Shown here in pieces: positions 50,610-58,998 of a stretch of DNA of 64,000 nt. This stretch comes from Sodaliphilus sp. (GTDB taxonomy: Bacteria > Bacillota > Clostridia > Lachnospirales > Anaerotignaceae), in the NCBI GenBank assembly GCA_963640305.1, contig CAVHYX010000014.1, positions 6,906 to 70,905 of the forward strand, written 5' to 3'. The notes below the pieces were generated by a model. The model ran no database searches and was not told where the DNA came from. It saw only the letters and a program-made list of their open reading frames with translations. How positions within the stretch are numbered: the stretch's first letter is position 1; each line of letters starts with the position of its first letter. The translations under genes and the position numbers were made by a program.

Positions 50610-51338
50610 TTAATGCCCCCTTGTCCTGAGAACAGTCAGCACAAATTTTGGCAAGCGCAGCATCCGCCTCCAGCGGGTCGGCTGTGTAATCAGGCGATGC
50701 AGCCATTCCAACCCCAATTTCCGAAAAAGCTTTGGCGCACGCTTTACATTCCCCGCCATCACATCGAAGCTGCCGCCGACACCGATTGCTACCTTTGCCC
50801 CCACCAGACGAAGATTGTCATAAATCCATTTCTCCTGCTTGGGTGAGCCAAGCCCCACCAGCAATACAGATGGAGCCTTCTTCTGCATCTCTCGAATGAT
50901 GTTCTTTTCCTCTTTTTCATCAAAGTAGCCGTTATGCACCCCAACAATCTTTAGCCCCGGGTATTGCTTCGTCATCCTTCTTGCAGCCGCCGCTGCCACA
51001 CCGGGCGCACCGCCAAAGAAATAGAAGGTTTTCTCCGTTGCCGCAAGCCGTGCCATCAGTCCCTGCGTCAAATCATAACCCGCCACACGCTCCCGCAGAC
51101 GAATTTCGCTGTGTTTGGAAGCCCATACAACGCCGATTCCATCGGGAACCACCAGATCCGCCTCTCTCAGAATACTCATCAGCTCCTCGTCCTTCTGCGC
51201 CTCCATGACAATTTCCGGGTTTGGGGTGCAGATGAAATGCTGTCCGCTTTCCGTAAGCATCGCTTCCGCGCGTGCCACAGCCTCCGCCATCGTCACCGCA
51301 TCAAAAGGCACGCCCAGTATATGTGTTTTTTGATTCAT
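50610..51338 (-). CDS. tagA: WecB/TagA/CpsF-family glycosyltransferase (N-acetylmannosaminyltransferase-like)
   Basis: ILGVPFD... NPEIVMEA... VPDGIGVVWA motifs are typical of TagA/WecG. Confidence 0.85.
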   Translation of the reverse strand: MNQKTHILGVPFDAVTMAEAVARAEAMLTESGQHFICTPNPEIVMEAQKDEELMSILREADLVVPDGIGVVWASKHSEIRLRERVAGYDLTQGLMARLAATEKTFYFFGGAPGVAAAAARRMTKQYPGLKIVGVHNGYFDEKEEKNIIREMQKKAPSVLLVGLGSPKQEKWIYDNLRLVGAKVAIGVGGSFDVMAGNVKRAPKLFRKLGLEWLHRLITQPTRWRRMLRLPKFVLTVLRTRGH

Positions 51339-51351
51339 ACCGAATCCCCCT

Positions 51352-53595
51352 TTATTTTTTTCTGCGTTCCAGCAGCCGCTCCAAATACCTCTCGTTTTTA
51401 TGTGCCAAAGCCTCCAGCTCCTTTTCCTTCTGCTTTAGCCGCTCCACATAGTTTTCCCTGTGGCAAATGACATCCTCCACCAGCGCCAGCGTCCCCTCCT
51501 GTTCGAACTCCTTCAGCGTGCCGCCGCTGGGCATATCCAGCTTCTCCAGATAATATTCAATCTTGGGGTCATAAATAAAGCCAATCAGAGGCACTGCCTG
51601 TCTTGCCGCAAAAATCAGCGTATGCAGACGCATACTTAAAATAAAATCCGCCTCGGAAATAATCCCCATCACCTCATAAGGAGAATAGCTGTTCTGTAGG
51701 ATATAAGCCTTCTGCTTCATTCTCTTGCGCACCTTTTCTCCCACAGCAGTATCATTCGGCATCTGCATACTCAAAAACACGATGTTCCGCTGATATTTTT
51801 CCACAATGGTATCACATAATTCCGCAAAACGACCGATGAATTGATCCATATCCTTCCAGTTACGCACAGAAACCACCACCATTGGCCGATCTGTCGGGAT
51901 GCCCTCCTCACGGAGAATCGTCTGTATTTCCTCCTTGTCAATACCATCCATCGTAAATACAGGATCCGCCGTCACAAAGCATTTCTTCGGATTGACCCCC
52001 ATAGAAAGCAGCTCCTCGTAGGAATTTTCCTCCCGCAGCGTAATCAAATCCGCCTTGTTGACCACCTGCTTCACCAGCCTACGGTTACGCTTGCCGGAAA
52101 CAGGCCCGATGCCGTTTGCATAAAGCATGACCTTCTTCCGCATCAGCTTCGCCGTCGCCGTAATAGAAAGATAATACATCAGAGAGCGGGTCGAGGTGCT
52201 GTCCTGCAAGAGAGAGCCGCCGCCGGAGAGCAGAACATCACATCTGCGGATTGCATGGAGCACATCCGAAAATCCAAAGCGATACACCGCCTCAATGCCG
52301 TATTTCTCCTTCGTTTCCTTGGGCTTGTTGGAAAGCACGGTAATATGATAGTTCTCGCCCATCTCCTGAATATTCTTGTGCATGGAAAGCATGATTGCCT
52401 CGTCGCCCGTATTATTAAAGCCGTAATAGCCGCTCATCACCACGTTATACTGCTTCTCATGGCTTTCCTTCCATGCCGCCTGATAGGCGCAAATACAATC
52501 CTCCGCCATCTTCGTAACGGAATAATAGCGAAAGATAACCTCCCTGCCGTATGTGCCCATTTCCCGACGCTGCTCCTCCGTCAAATCCAAAAAGGCGTGT
52601 ACCACATCCCGATACAGCAACGCCTCATCGGAAAGCGCACAGCCGCGGCAGCAAAAATTATTTTCCTGTGCCTGCGCCAGCTTGTCCGCCGCAAACAGTC
52701 CGATATAGCCCTCGTTTCCCGCAACAATCACAGGCTTTTCCGCCGCCATTGCCTCCAGTGCCGCACGGCTCACCCCCACAAAAACATCCGCCACCGCTAC
52801 CAGCTCATTGATGTCAGTTCTGCCACCCGTCATGGTAATGCAGTCTCTCCCGATTTTCGCATTGGCTCTCAGGCTCTCTTCCAAAAGCTCCTCAAAGACA
52901 TCCCCGCCGCCGACAATCAGCATCCGCAGTCCGGGAATAGCCTCTACCAGCCTCGGCGCAATCGTGATGAGCTGTCTCGCCACCAGCGCGCGGCTTTCAT
53001 CCATACGGCTCACATAAACCAGCGTCGGCTCTTCCTCTTTCAAGCCAAATTCCTTTCGCACCCTTGCGCCGTCCGTCTTGGGGGAGAATTTTTCGGTATC
53101 AATCCCGTTGATGGTCACAAAAATATCCTCATACCGCACCTTATAATTTTCCATTAGGTACTCGCGAATATCGTCGCTGACCGCAACCACCTTCTGTCCC
53201 CAGTTGGAGATATATTTCAGCCCCATCCCCGTATAAAATACCCAATGCGCGGAAGTTACAAAGGTAAAGCTGTCCTTCATCCTCGCCTTCAAAATCCCGC
53301 AGACAAAGCTGGGGATTCTCGCATGAGAATGTACAATATCCACCTTTTCCTTTTTGATGATTTTTTTCAGGAGAAAATAGGAATGTGCCATCTTCAGCAC
53401 ATTTCTCTGATTCAGCGGCACATGATAATGTCGGATTCCCGCCTCTGCCAGCTCCTTCTCGTAAACACCGCCGTTGGAGGCAACAATAATATCGTACCCC
53501 TGCTTTTTCAGCTCCTTGGAAAGCTCTACCACATGGGTTTCCGCCCCTCCGATTTCCAGTCCCATCAGAGCCATCAGAATTTTATACTTTTTCAT
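51352..53595 (-). CDS. csaB: Fusion protein: GT4 glycosyltransferase (N-terminal) plus polysaccharide pyruvyl transferase CsaB (C-terminal)
   Basis: N-terminal MKKYKILMALMGLEIGGAETHV (GT4). From about residue 395, VVMSGYYGFNNTGDEAIM (CsaB-type). The alternative start ATG at 53613 overlaps the upstream stop. Confidence 0.8.
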   Translation of the reverse strand: MKKYKILMALMGLEIGGAETHVVELSKELKKQGYDIIVASNGGVYEKELAEAGIRHYHVPLNQRNVLKMAHSYFLLKKIIKKEKVDIVHSHARIPSFVCGILKARMKDSFTFVTSAHWVFYTGMGLKYISNWGQKVVAVSDDIREYLMENYKVRYEDIFVTINGIDTEKFSPKTDGARVRKEFGLKEEEPTLVYVSRMDESRALVARQLITIAPRLVEAIPGLRMLIVGGGDVFEELLEESLRANAKIGRDCITMTGGRTDINELVAVADVFVGVSRAALEAMAAEKPVIVAGNEGYIGLFAADKLAQAQENNFCCRGCALSDEALLYRDVVHAFLDLTEEQRREMGTYGREVIFRYYSVTKMAEDCICAYQAAWKESHEKQYNVVMSGYYGFNNTGDEAIMLSMHKNIQEMGENYHITVLSNKPKETKEKYGIEAVYRFGFSDVLHAIRRCDVLLSGGGSLLQDSTSTRSLMYYLSITATAKLMRKKVMLYANGIGPVSGKRNRRLVKQVVNKADLITLREENSYEELLSMGVNPKKCFVTADPVFTMDGIDKEEIQTILREEGIPTDRPMVVVSVRNWKDMDQFIGRFAELCDTIVEKYQRNIVFLSMQMPNDTAVGEKVRKRMKQKAYILQNSYSPYEVMGIISEADFILSMRLHTLIFAARQAVPLIGFIYDPKIEYYLEKLDMPSGGTLKEFEQEGTLALVEDVICHRENYVERLKQKEKELEALAHKNERYLERLLERRKK

Positions 53596-53609
53596 ACTTT
53601 CACCCTCAC

Positions 53610-54098
53610 TCATTCACTGATGCTCGTAATTTTCATCACCGGCTTTGCATATTTCGTCATCACATTCATTTCGGAATTTGCCTTCATTTCCACAATGCCG
53701 TCCACGAAATAGCCCTCGTCCTTTTCCGTTACAGGGCCTTCAATCGTCAACGTTACGCTATAGTAGTCGGGAAATTCCACCGGCTGAATCGTGCCGTCAT
53801 TCAACGGCACATTTTTCAGAAAGGGCTCGTGCGCCACCGCCGTAATCGTCCCCAGACAGATGCCCGTTTTCTCGTCATAAATCCTGTCTCCCTCATGCAG
53901 TGCATTGACCGTTGCCATGCGTACCTCGTCAATCAGCGCCGTATAGATTTTCTGCTCCTCGGAGGCATCCACCCCCGTAGCTTCCCTCTTGTTCACCGCG
54001 CCGAATTTGAACACCGCCGCCGCGCAGAGCGCAACGATTACCACGATAATGAGGATATCCACAATGTTCGGTTTTCTCTTTGCCACATCACTCACCAT
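53610..54098 (-). CDS. DUF4330-like membrane-anchored protein, paralogue 2 (162 aa)
   Basis: N-terminal anchor containing NIVDIL. Shares length and several blocks with the neighbouring ORF. Confidence 0.65.
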   Translation of the reverse strand: MVSDVAKRKPNIVDILIIVVIVALCAAAVFKFGAVNKREATGVDASEEQKIYTALIDEVRMATVNALHEGDRIYDEKTGICLGTITAVAHEPFLKNVPLNDGTIQPVEFPDYYSVTLTIEGPVTEKDEGYFVDGIVEMKANSEMNVMTKYAKPVMKITSISE

Positions 54099-54576
54099 CC
54101 CTTACTTCTACCACAATGCCCTTGAAGGCATAGCCTTTGCCCTTAACATTCAACTCCATCCCGACCTTTACGGTCGTTCCTTCCACGGTAATGTCCTTCT
54201 CCGTCTCCGTCCCGTTTCCCGCAATCGTCACGTAAATATTGCTGTAGCCGTCCACAGGCACCTTCTCATATTTTCCCGTTGTGCGGTTAAACATGGTTTC
54301 CGTAAAAGGCTCTGTCTTGATATCCTTCACCACGCCCAGATAGGTCGAAGTAGAGCTTTTGTAGGCATTGCCGCCCACAACAGGGAAATTCGCCGTTTCC
54401 GCAACGACCTCCTCCCCCATCACAACATAGGAATAGGTCTTTGCGTCCGCCGCCGGATCCGCCGCGTCTCTGCCGCCCAAAAGCATCCTCCCGCCGAAAA
54501 TGCCAACGAGAATCACAATCAGAATCAGCAGAATATCTACAATATTGAAAATTCCGAATAATTTCCTATTTTTCAT
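54088..54576 (-). CDS. DUF4330-like membrane-anchored protein, paralogue 1 (162 aa)
   Basis: MKNRKLFGIFNIVDILLILIVIL N-terminus. ATGA overlap with the GT4 stop. Confidence 0.65.
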   Translation of the reverse strand: MKNRKLFGIFNIVDILLILIVILVGIFGGRMLLGGRDAADPAADAKTYSYVVMGEEVVAETANFPVVGGNAYKSSTSTYLGVVKDIKTEPFTETMFNRTTGKYEKVPVDGYSNIYVTIAGNGTETEKDITVEGTTVKVGMELNVKGKGYAFKGIVVEVRDGE

Positions 54577-55685
54577 TTTCCTGCCTCCGCATAGAGTCTT
54601 TCGATTTTTCGTACCATCTTATCTGCCAAAAAGCCCGCCTCGGCATCCTTCCTTGCCTGTGCGCCAAAGGCGTTTCGCTTTGCGTCATCCGCAAGTAGCT
54701 CGTCCAGCCGTTCCGCCAGAGCATCGCTGTCCCCGACGGGAATCAGGAACCCGTTCTCGCCGTGGCGAATCACCTCTGCCACGCCGCCGCTGTCCGTTCC
54801 GACCGCAGGAACCCCTGCAATCATGCTTTCCAGAATGGAAAGGCACAACGCCTCCGCCTTCGATGTAATCACCGCAATATCCAACGCCGCCTCTATTTCT
54901 TCCACATCCTGCAAAAAGCCTGTAAACGTCACATGCTCGCGAATCCCCAGCGTCGCCGCCTTCCGCTCCAAATCCTTACGCAAACTGCCGTCCCCGACGA
55001 TATAAAACCTCACGTCCCGCCGTCTGTCCAGAAGCTTTTTCGCCCCCAAGAGAAAGGTTTCGTGATCCTTGACCTCCTCCAGACGTGCGACCATGCCGAC
55101 TGCCTTTTCCCCTTCCTTTCCACCGAAGGAGGCAAGCAGCGCCGCCTTTTCCTCCGCAGTGGGAATGGGAATCCGCTCAATGCCGTTATAGACCACCGCA
55201 ATTTCCTGCGGCTTTGTCCCGCCTACAATCATACTTCTGCGTACTGCCTTGCTGACCGCAATAATTTTATCACTGAAAACCGCGTTTATCTCTCTGCGGA
55301 TAATCTTCTTTGCCAATCCGCCCGGCGCGCCCTCCATGCAGTGCTTTGTATGGAAGATATACGGCACTCGCGCCCTCCTTGCCGCCACGCGCGCCGTCAT
55401 ACTCGCGTGCGTATGAACAAGCTCCGGCCTTTCCGCGCGGAAAATTTTTGTCAACGCCCCGAGCGCCCTTCGGTCGAAGGATTTGTCCTCCATCTCCTCC
55501 AGCGCAAGCACAGGCACATCCAAGGCCTGCACCGCAGCCACCAGAAGGCTGTCATGCGGCAAAACCACCTTCACCGCAAATTTTTCTCTATCGTAATATT
55601 TCAGATAATACAACAGCCAACGCCCCGCGCCGCCAATATTTCTGTCCGTCAGAACATGGAGGATTTTCATTCTTTTTTCCGTCAT
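54573..55685 (-). CDS. GT4-family glycosyltransferase
   Basis: GT-B fold motifs (LHVLTDRNIGGAG; C-terminal E..G...VEA-type block EALCLSILESMIAGVP). Confidence 0.85.
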   Translation of the reverse strand: MTEKRMKILHVLTDRNIGGAGRWLLYYLKYYDREKFAVKVVLPHDSLLVAAVQALDVPVLALEEMEDKSFDRRALGALTKIFRAERPELVHTHASMTARVAARRARVPYIFHTKHCMEGAPGGLAKKIIRREINAVFSDKIIAVSKAVRRSMIVGGTKPQEIAVVYNGIERIPIPTAEEKAALLASFGGKEGEKAVGMVARLEEVKDHETFLLGAKKLLDRRRDVRFYIVGDGSLRKDLERKAATLGIREHVTFTGFLQDVEEIEAALDIAVITSKAEALCLSILESMIAGVPAVGTDSGGVAEVIRHGENGFLIPVGDSDALAERLDELLADDAKRNAFGAQARKDAEAGFLADKMVRKIERLYAEAGK

Positions 55686-58600
55686 TTTGTTTTCTCCGTT
55701 TCTCTTTCACCCTTCTGCTCCGCCACGCGCACCGTCGCCATCCCAATGCCGATCAAGCACCAGAAGAACAGCACCATGCGGTAATCAAACCAGAGGTGGT
55801 CTGTCATCCCCTGTAGCAAAAGCCCCGCAAAGCCGCCGAAGATTGCACCCAGCAGAAAGCGGAACCGCCTCGGTGCCGTCCGCATCCCGCTGTAAAGTCT
55901 CTGGAAGAAGAACAAAACCAGCAGCAGCAGCACAACAAAGCCGACAATCCCCAGCTCGATAAATTCCTGCAAAAATAAATTATGTGCGTGATACGCATTC
56001 GCCGCCTCAAAGGAGAACAGCGGATAAATCTGATTAAATGCCCCAATCCCGATGCCCGTCACCCAATAATGACGGATGATATCCAACGCCGCTGTATAAA
56101 TCGACACACGGTACAGCGAGGAGGAATCGCTCATGGTAACGGAGCTTGCAATTCTCGCCCAAAGGCTTTCCGGCAGAATAAAGGGCATCATAAACAGCAG
56201 AACCACCCCAAGGGGAATCAGCCGTTTTTCGGAAAGCAGCACGAAAAGCCCCGCCGAAAACATCAGCCCCAGCATTGCCCCGCGGGAGCCCGTTGCCACC
56301 AGCCCCAAGCAGATTACGCCGAAGCAGCCCGCATAATACAATCTGCCGCACCAATTTTTCATCTTCCAGAGCATCCCTGCCGCCAGAGAGCCGACCAGAA
56401 TCAAATATTCGCCCAGAACATTCGGGTTGCTGAAGGTCGCGTACGCGCGTGTGGTGATGTCAAAGCTTTCCTCATCCACCCATGCGGTATCCATTTCCAC
56501 CCCGATGATGTATTGATATATCGCGTAAAGCGCAATCACCGCCCCCACAGAAATCAGCACCCAGAGCACAAAATTCAGTTTTTCCTCCGTATCAATGGCA
56601 TCCTTTGCCACAAAGAACACCGCCATCAAAACCAGAAACAGGCTCATTGCCAGAAGCGCAGAAGGGAAGGCATAGCTTGTCACTCCTGCATAGAGGATAC
56701 AAACCCCGAAGCAGCCCAAAAGCACACTCACCATGCTTGTTCGCTGCATCTTCACGCGTCCTAAGAAAAGCTGAATAAAATACAGGAGAAAGGTCCCCAA
56801 AACCAGAACCGCCAGAAGCATGGTCGGCAAAATCGGAATCGCCGCCGCAATCCCCGCAAGGCAGAGAATCAGAAAATTCTGATTAAATACGCGGAAGAAA
56901 AAGCTTTCGCCCATCGCCGCCGCAAGGCCGTTGCTTTCTCTTCGCACCGCCATACCGCTCCAATGCACCAGATTATGCCAGAACCGCGGCAGAATCCCAT
57001 GTCTTGTATGGAGATATTTATCCCAGCTTGCGCGCAAAAAGTTCAGAATCGCGCTGCCTTCAAACGCATTTTTAAGTCCCCCGCAAATTGCCGCATAAAT
57101 GCGATATGCGATGCTGTTCATCCAAGCAGAGCGCAGCAGCGTACAGAGTGCCGCAAGCAGTCGGAAACAAAAACTGTCTTCTATGATCGCCGAAATTTTT
57201 TCTGTCATTGTATATGCTCTCCGTTTTTTCTCATTACAGGGTACAACCGTTTCCCCGCCTTCTCTGTTCCGCCGTCTTTGCAGCATACCAAATACAAAAT
57301 CGCTTTCCTCGATTTTCAAAATTTTCGCAAAAATCATATAGGCTGCCACACCAACGCCGCCGCAGATACAAAGCAGCAGAATCTGCCCAATCACACGACC
57401 GCCCAAGATCGGCAAAAGCACCCGCTTGCACCCCAAAACCGGCACCAGCATCCCCACCGCCGCTAAAAGCATCCGCCCCATTTGGAACAAAAAGCCCTTG
57501 TCCAAAATATCGGGATACTGCTTCACCGCAGGAATCAAAAGCACCACCGCTGCCGCCATAGAGGAAACCGCCGCGGATAACGCCAACCCGCCGATCCCCA
57601 TAGGCTTCAGCAAAAGCCAACAAAGCAAAGCATTGATGACGATGGAAACCACGCCCGAATAAAACGGCGTTTTCCCATCCTGATTCGCATAAAAGGCGCG
57701 GCTCAGGATATTCTGTACGCCGTAGCCAACCATGCCGAGCGCAAAAAAGAACAATGCCGCCGCCGTCAATCCGGTTGCCGTCTCGTTAAATGCGCCTCTC
57801 TGATAAATCAGCGAAACCACGGGCTGTGCCAGCGCCATCAGCCCCACCGTCATGGGAATCAAGAGGAAAATCATGGCCTTCAGCGTCCCTCTGACCGCCA
57901 GCCCGAATTCCCTTTTATCCTCCGTCATACGGGAAAATTTCGGAAAAACCATATTTGCAATCGCAAGCACAAAAACGCCTACAATAATCGTATATAAATT
58001 ATTTGCATATTCCAGCGCGGAAACGCCAAGCTCGCCGTTCACCGCACTCCCGCCGGAAAGCTGCGAGGCAAAGCGCGTATTGACCATAAAGTTAATCGGC
58101 TGAATCCATGTGCTGACCATAACCGGCAGCATTAGTCTCTTGATTTTTCTCAGCCCCTCATCACGAAAATGAAAATCAGGACGGTAATGATAGCCTTTCC
58201 CCCAAAGAGACGGAAGCTGGATGACCGCCTGCATCGCCCAGCCAATCAGAAACGCGACCGTCAGCCCCAAAATCCCGAATTTCTCGTTAAAGAAAATATA
58301 ATACAGAATCAATACGCCGTTGGAAACCACGCTCAGCGCCGCCGGCACATTAAATTCCTCCAAGGCCTGTAAAATCCCCACAAAGGAAAAGGCAACTGCC
58401 GTAAACAGCATGGTCGGGAAAAGCATCCGCAACAGCCCCACGCACAGCGTCACCGTTTCCACATCATATCCCGGGGCAATCAAAAGCGTCAGCGGCTTTG
58501 CCGCCGCCATCCCCAAAAGCATTATGAGAATCGTAACGACAGAAATCATCGTCATAAAGCGATTCGCCAGTGCAAACGCCTCCTGTCGCCCCCTTTTTTG

Positions 58601-58831
58601 CAAATATTCCACAAAAACCGGAATGAAGCTTGCGGAAATCGCCGATGCAAAAATCACATCGAAAAAGGTACGGGGGATACGGCTTGCCAGCAAAAATGCC
58701 GCCGCCGCCATATCCGTTCCGTAATTCGCCGCCAAGAGCTGCTCCCGCAACAGCCCCAGCAACTTCCCAAACAGGGTAATTAACATCATCAAGCTGACGG
58801 TTTTCACCGCCTGATTGCCTTTTTCGGACAT
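55682..58831 (-). CDS. murJ: Fusion protein: MurJ/MviN-type flippase (N-terminal ~520 aa) plus O-antigen ligase/polymerase-like Wzy_C domain (C-terminal ~500 aa)
   Basis: One uninterrupted 1049-codon ORF. MurJ-like N-terminus (LFGKLLGLLREQLLAANYG). C-terminal ATGSRGAMLG ... YHAHNLFLQEFIELGIVGF. Confidence 0.75.
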   Translation of the reverse strand: MSEKGNQAVKTVSLMMLITLFGKLLGLLREQLLAANYGTDMAAAAFLLASRIPRTFFDVIFASAISASFIPVFVEYLQKRGRQEAFALANRFMTMISVVTILIMLLGMAAAKPLTLLIAPGYDVETVTLCVGLLRMLFPTMLFTAVAFSFVGILQALEEFNVPAALSVVSNGVLILYYIFFNEKFGILGLTVAFLIGWAMQAVIQLPSLWGKGYHYRPDFHFRDEGLRKIKRLMLPVMVSTWIQPINFMVNTRFASQLSGGSAVNGELGVSALEYANNLYTIIVGVFVLAIANMVFPKFSRMTEDKREFGLAVRGTLKAMIFLLIPMTVGLMALAQPVVSLIYQRGAFNETATGLTAAALFFFALGMVGYGVQNILSRAFYANQDGKTPFYSGVVSIVINALLCWLLLKPMGIGGLALSAAVSSMAAAVVLLIPAVKQYPDILDKGFLFQMGRMLLAAVGMLVPVLGCKRVLLPILGGRVIGQILLLCICGGVGVAAYMIFAKILKIEESDFVFGMLQRRRNREGGETVVPCNEKKRRAYTMTEKISAIIEDSFCFRLLAALCTLLRSAWMNSIAYRIYAAICGGLKNAFEGSAILNFLRASWDKYLHTRHGILPRFWHNLVHWSGMAVRRESNGLAAAMGESFFFRVFNQNFLILCLAGIAAAIPILPTMLLAVLVLGTFLLYFIQLFLGRVKMQRTSMVSVLLGCFGVCILYAGVTSYAFPSALLAMSLFLVLMAVFFVAKDAIDTEEKLNFVLWVLISVGAVIALYAIYQYIIGVEMDTAWVDEESFDITTRAYATFSNPNVLGEYLILVGSLAAGMLWKMKNWCGRLYYAGCFGVICLGLVATGSRGAMLGLMFSAGLFVLLSEKRLIPLGVVLLFMMPFILPESLWARIASSVTMSDSSSLYRVSIYTAALDIIRHYWVTGIGIGAFNQIYPLFSFEAANAYHAHNLFLQEFIELGIVGFVVLLLLVLFFFQRLYSGMRTAPRRFRFLLGAIFGGFAGLLLQGMTDHLWFDYRMVLFFWCLIGIGMATVRVAEQKGERETEKTK

Positions 58832-58949
58832 AATAAACTCCTAAAATCCATAAAAAATTCCGTTTCCTCCACTTCGGCGAAAAATACGGTCCACAGTCTA
58901 TTCTAATAGTACCTTATTCCTGCCTGTTTTACAACCAAAAGCAGCACTT

Positions 58950-58990
58950 CAAAAAAAATGTTTTCAGAGAGCGCTTCCCCGAAAACATTT
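58950..58990 (-). terminator. Intrinsic terminator after the phosphodiester glycosidase gene
   Basis: 9-bp stem AATGTTTTC/GAAAACATT, flanked by T/A runs on both sides. Confidence 0.75.
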
Positions 58991-58998
58991 TTCTTTTT

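Noticed and set aside
50413-50706. A 97-aa minus-strand ORF overlapping the 3' end of tagA and the downstream spacer.
   Set aside because: It overlaps tagA in another frame and has no RBS or recognisable motifs. The spacer is more likely a 3' UTR ending at the 50313-50349 hairpin.
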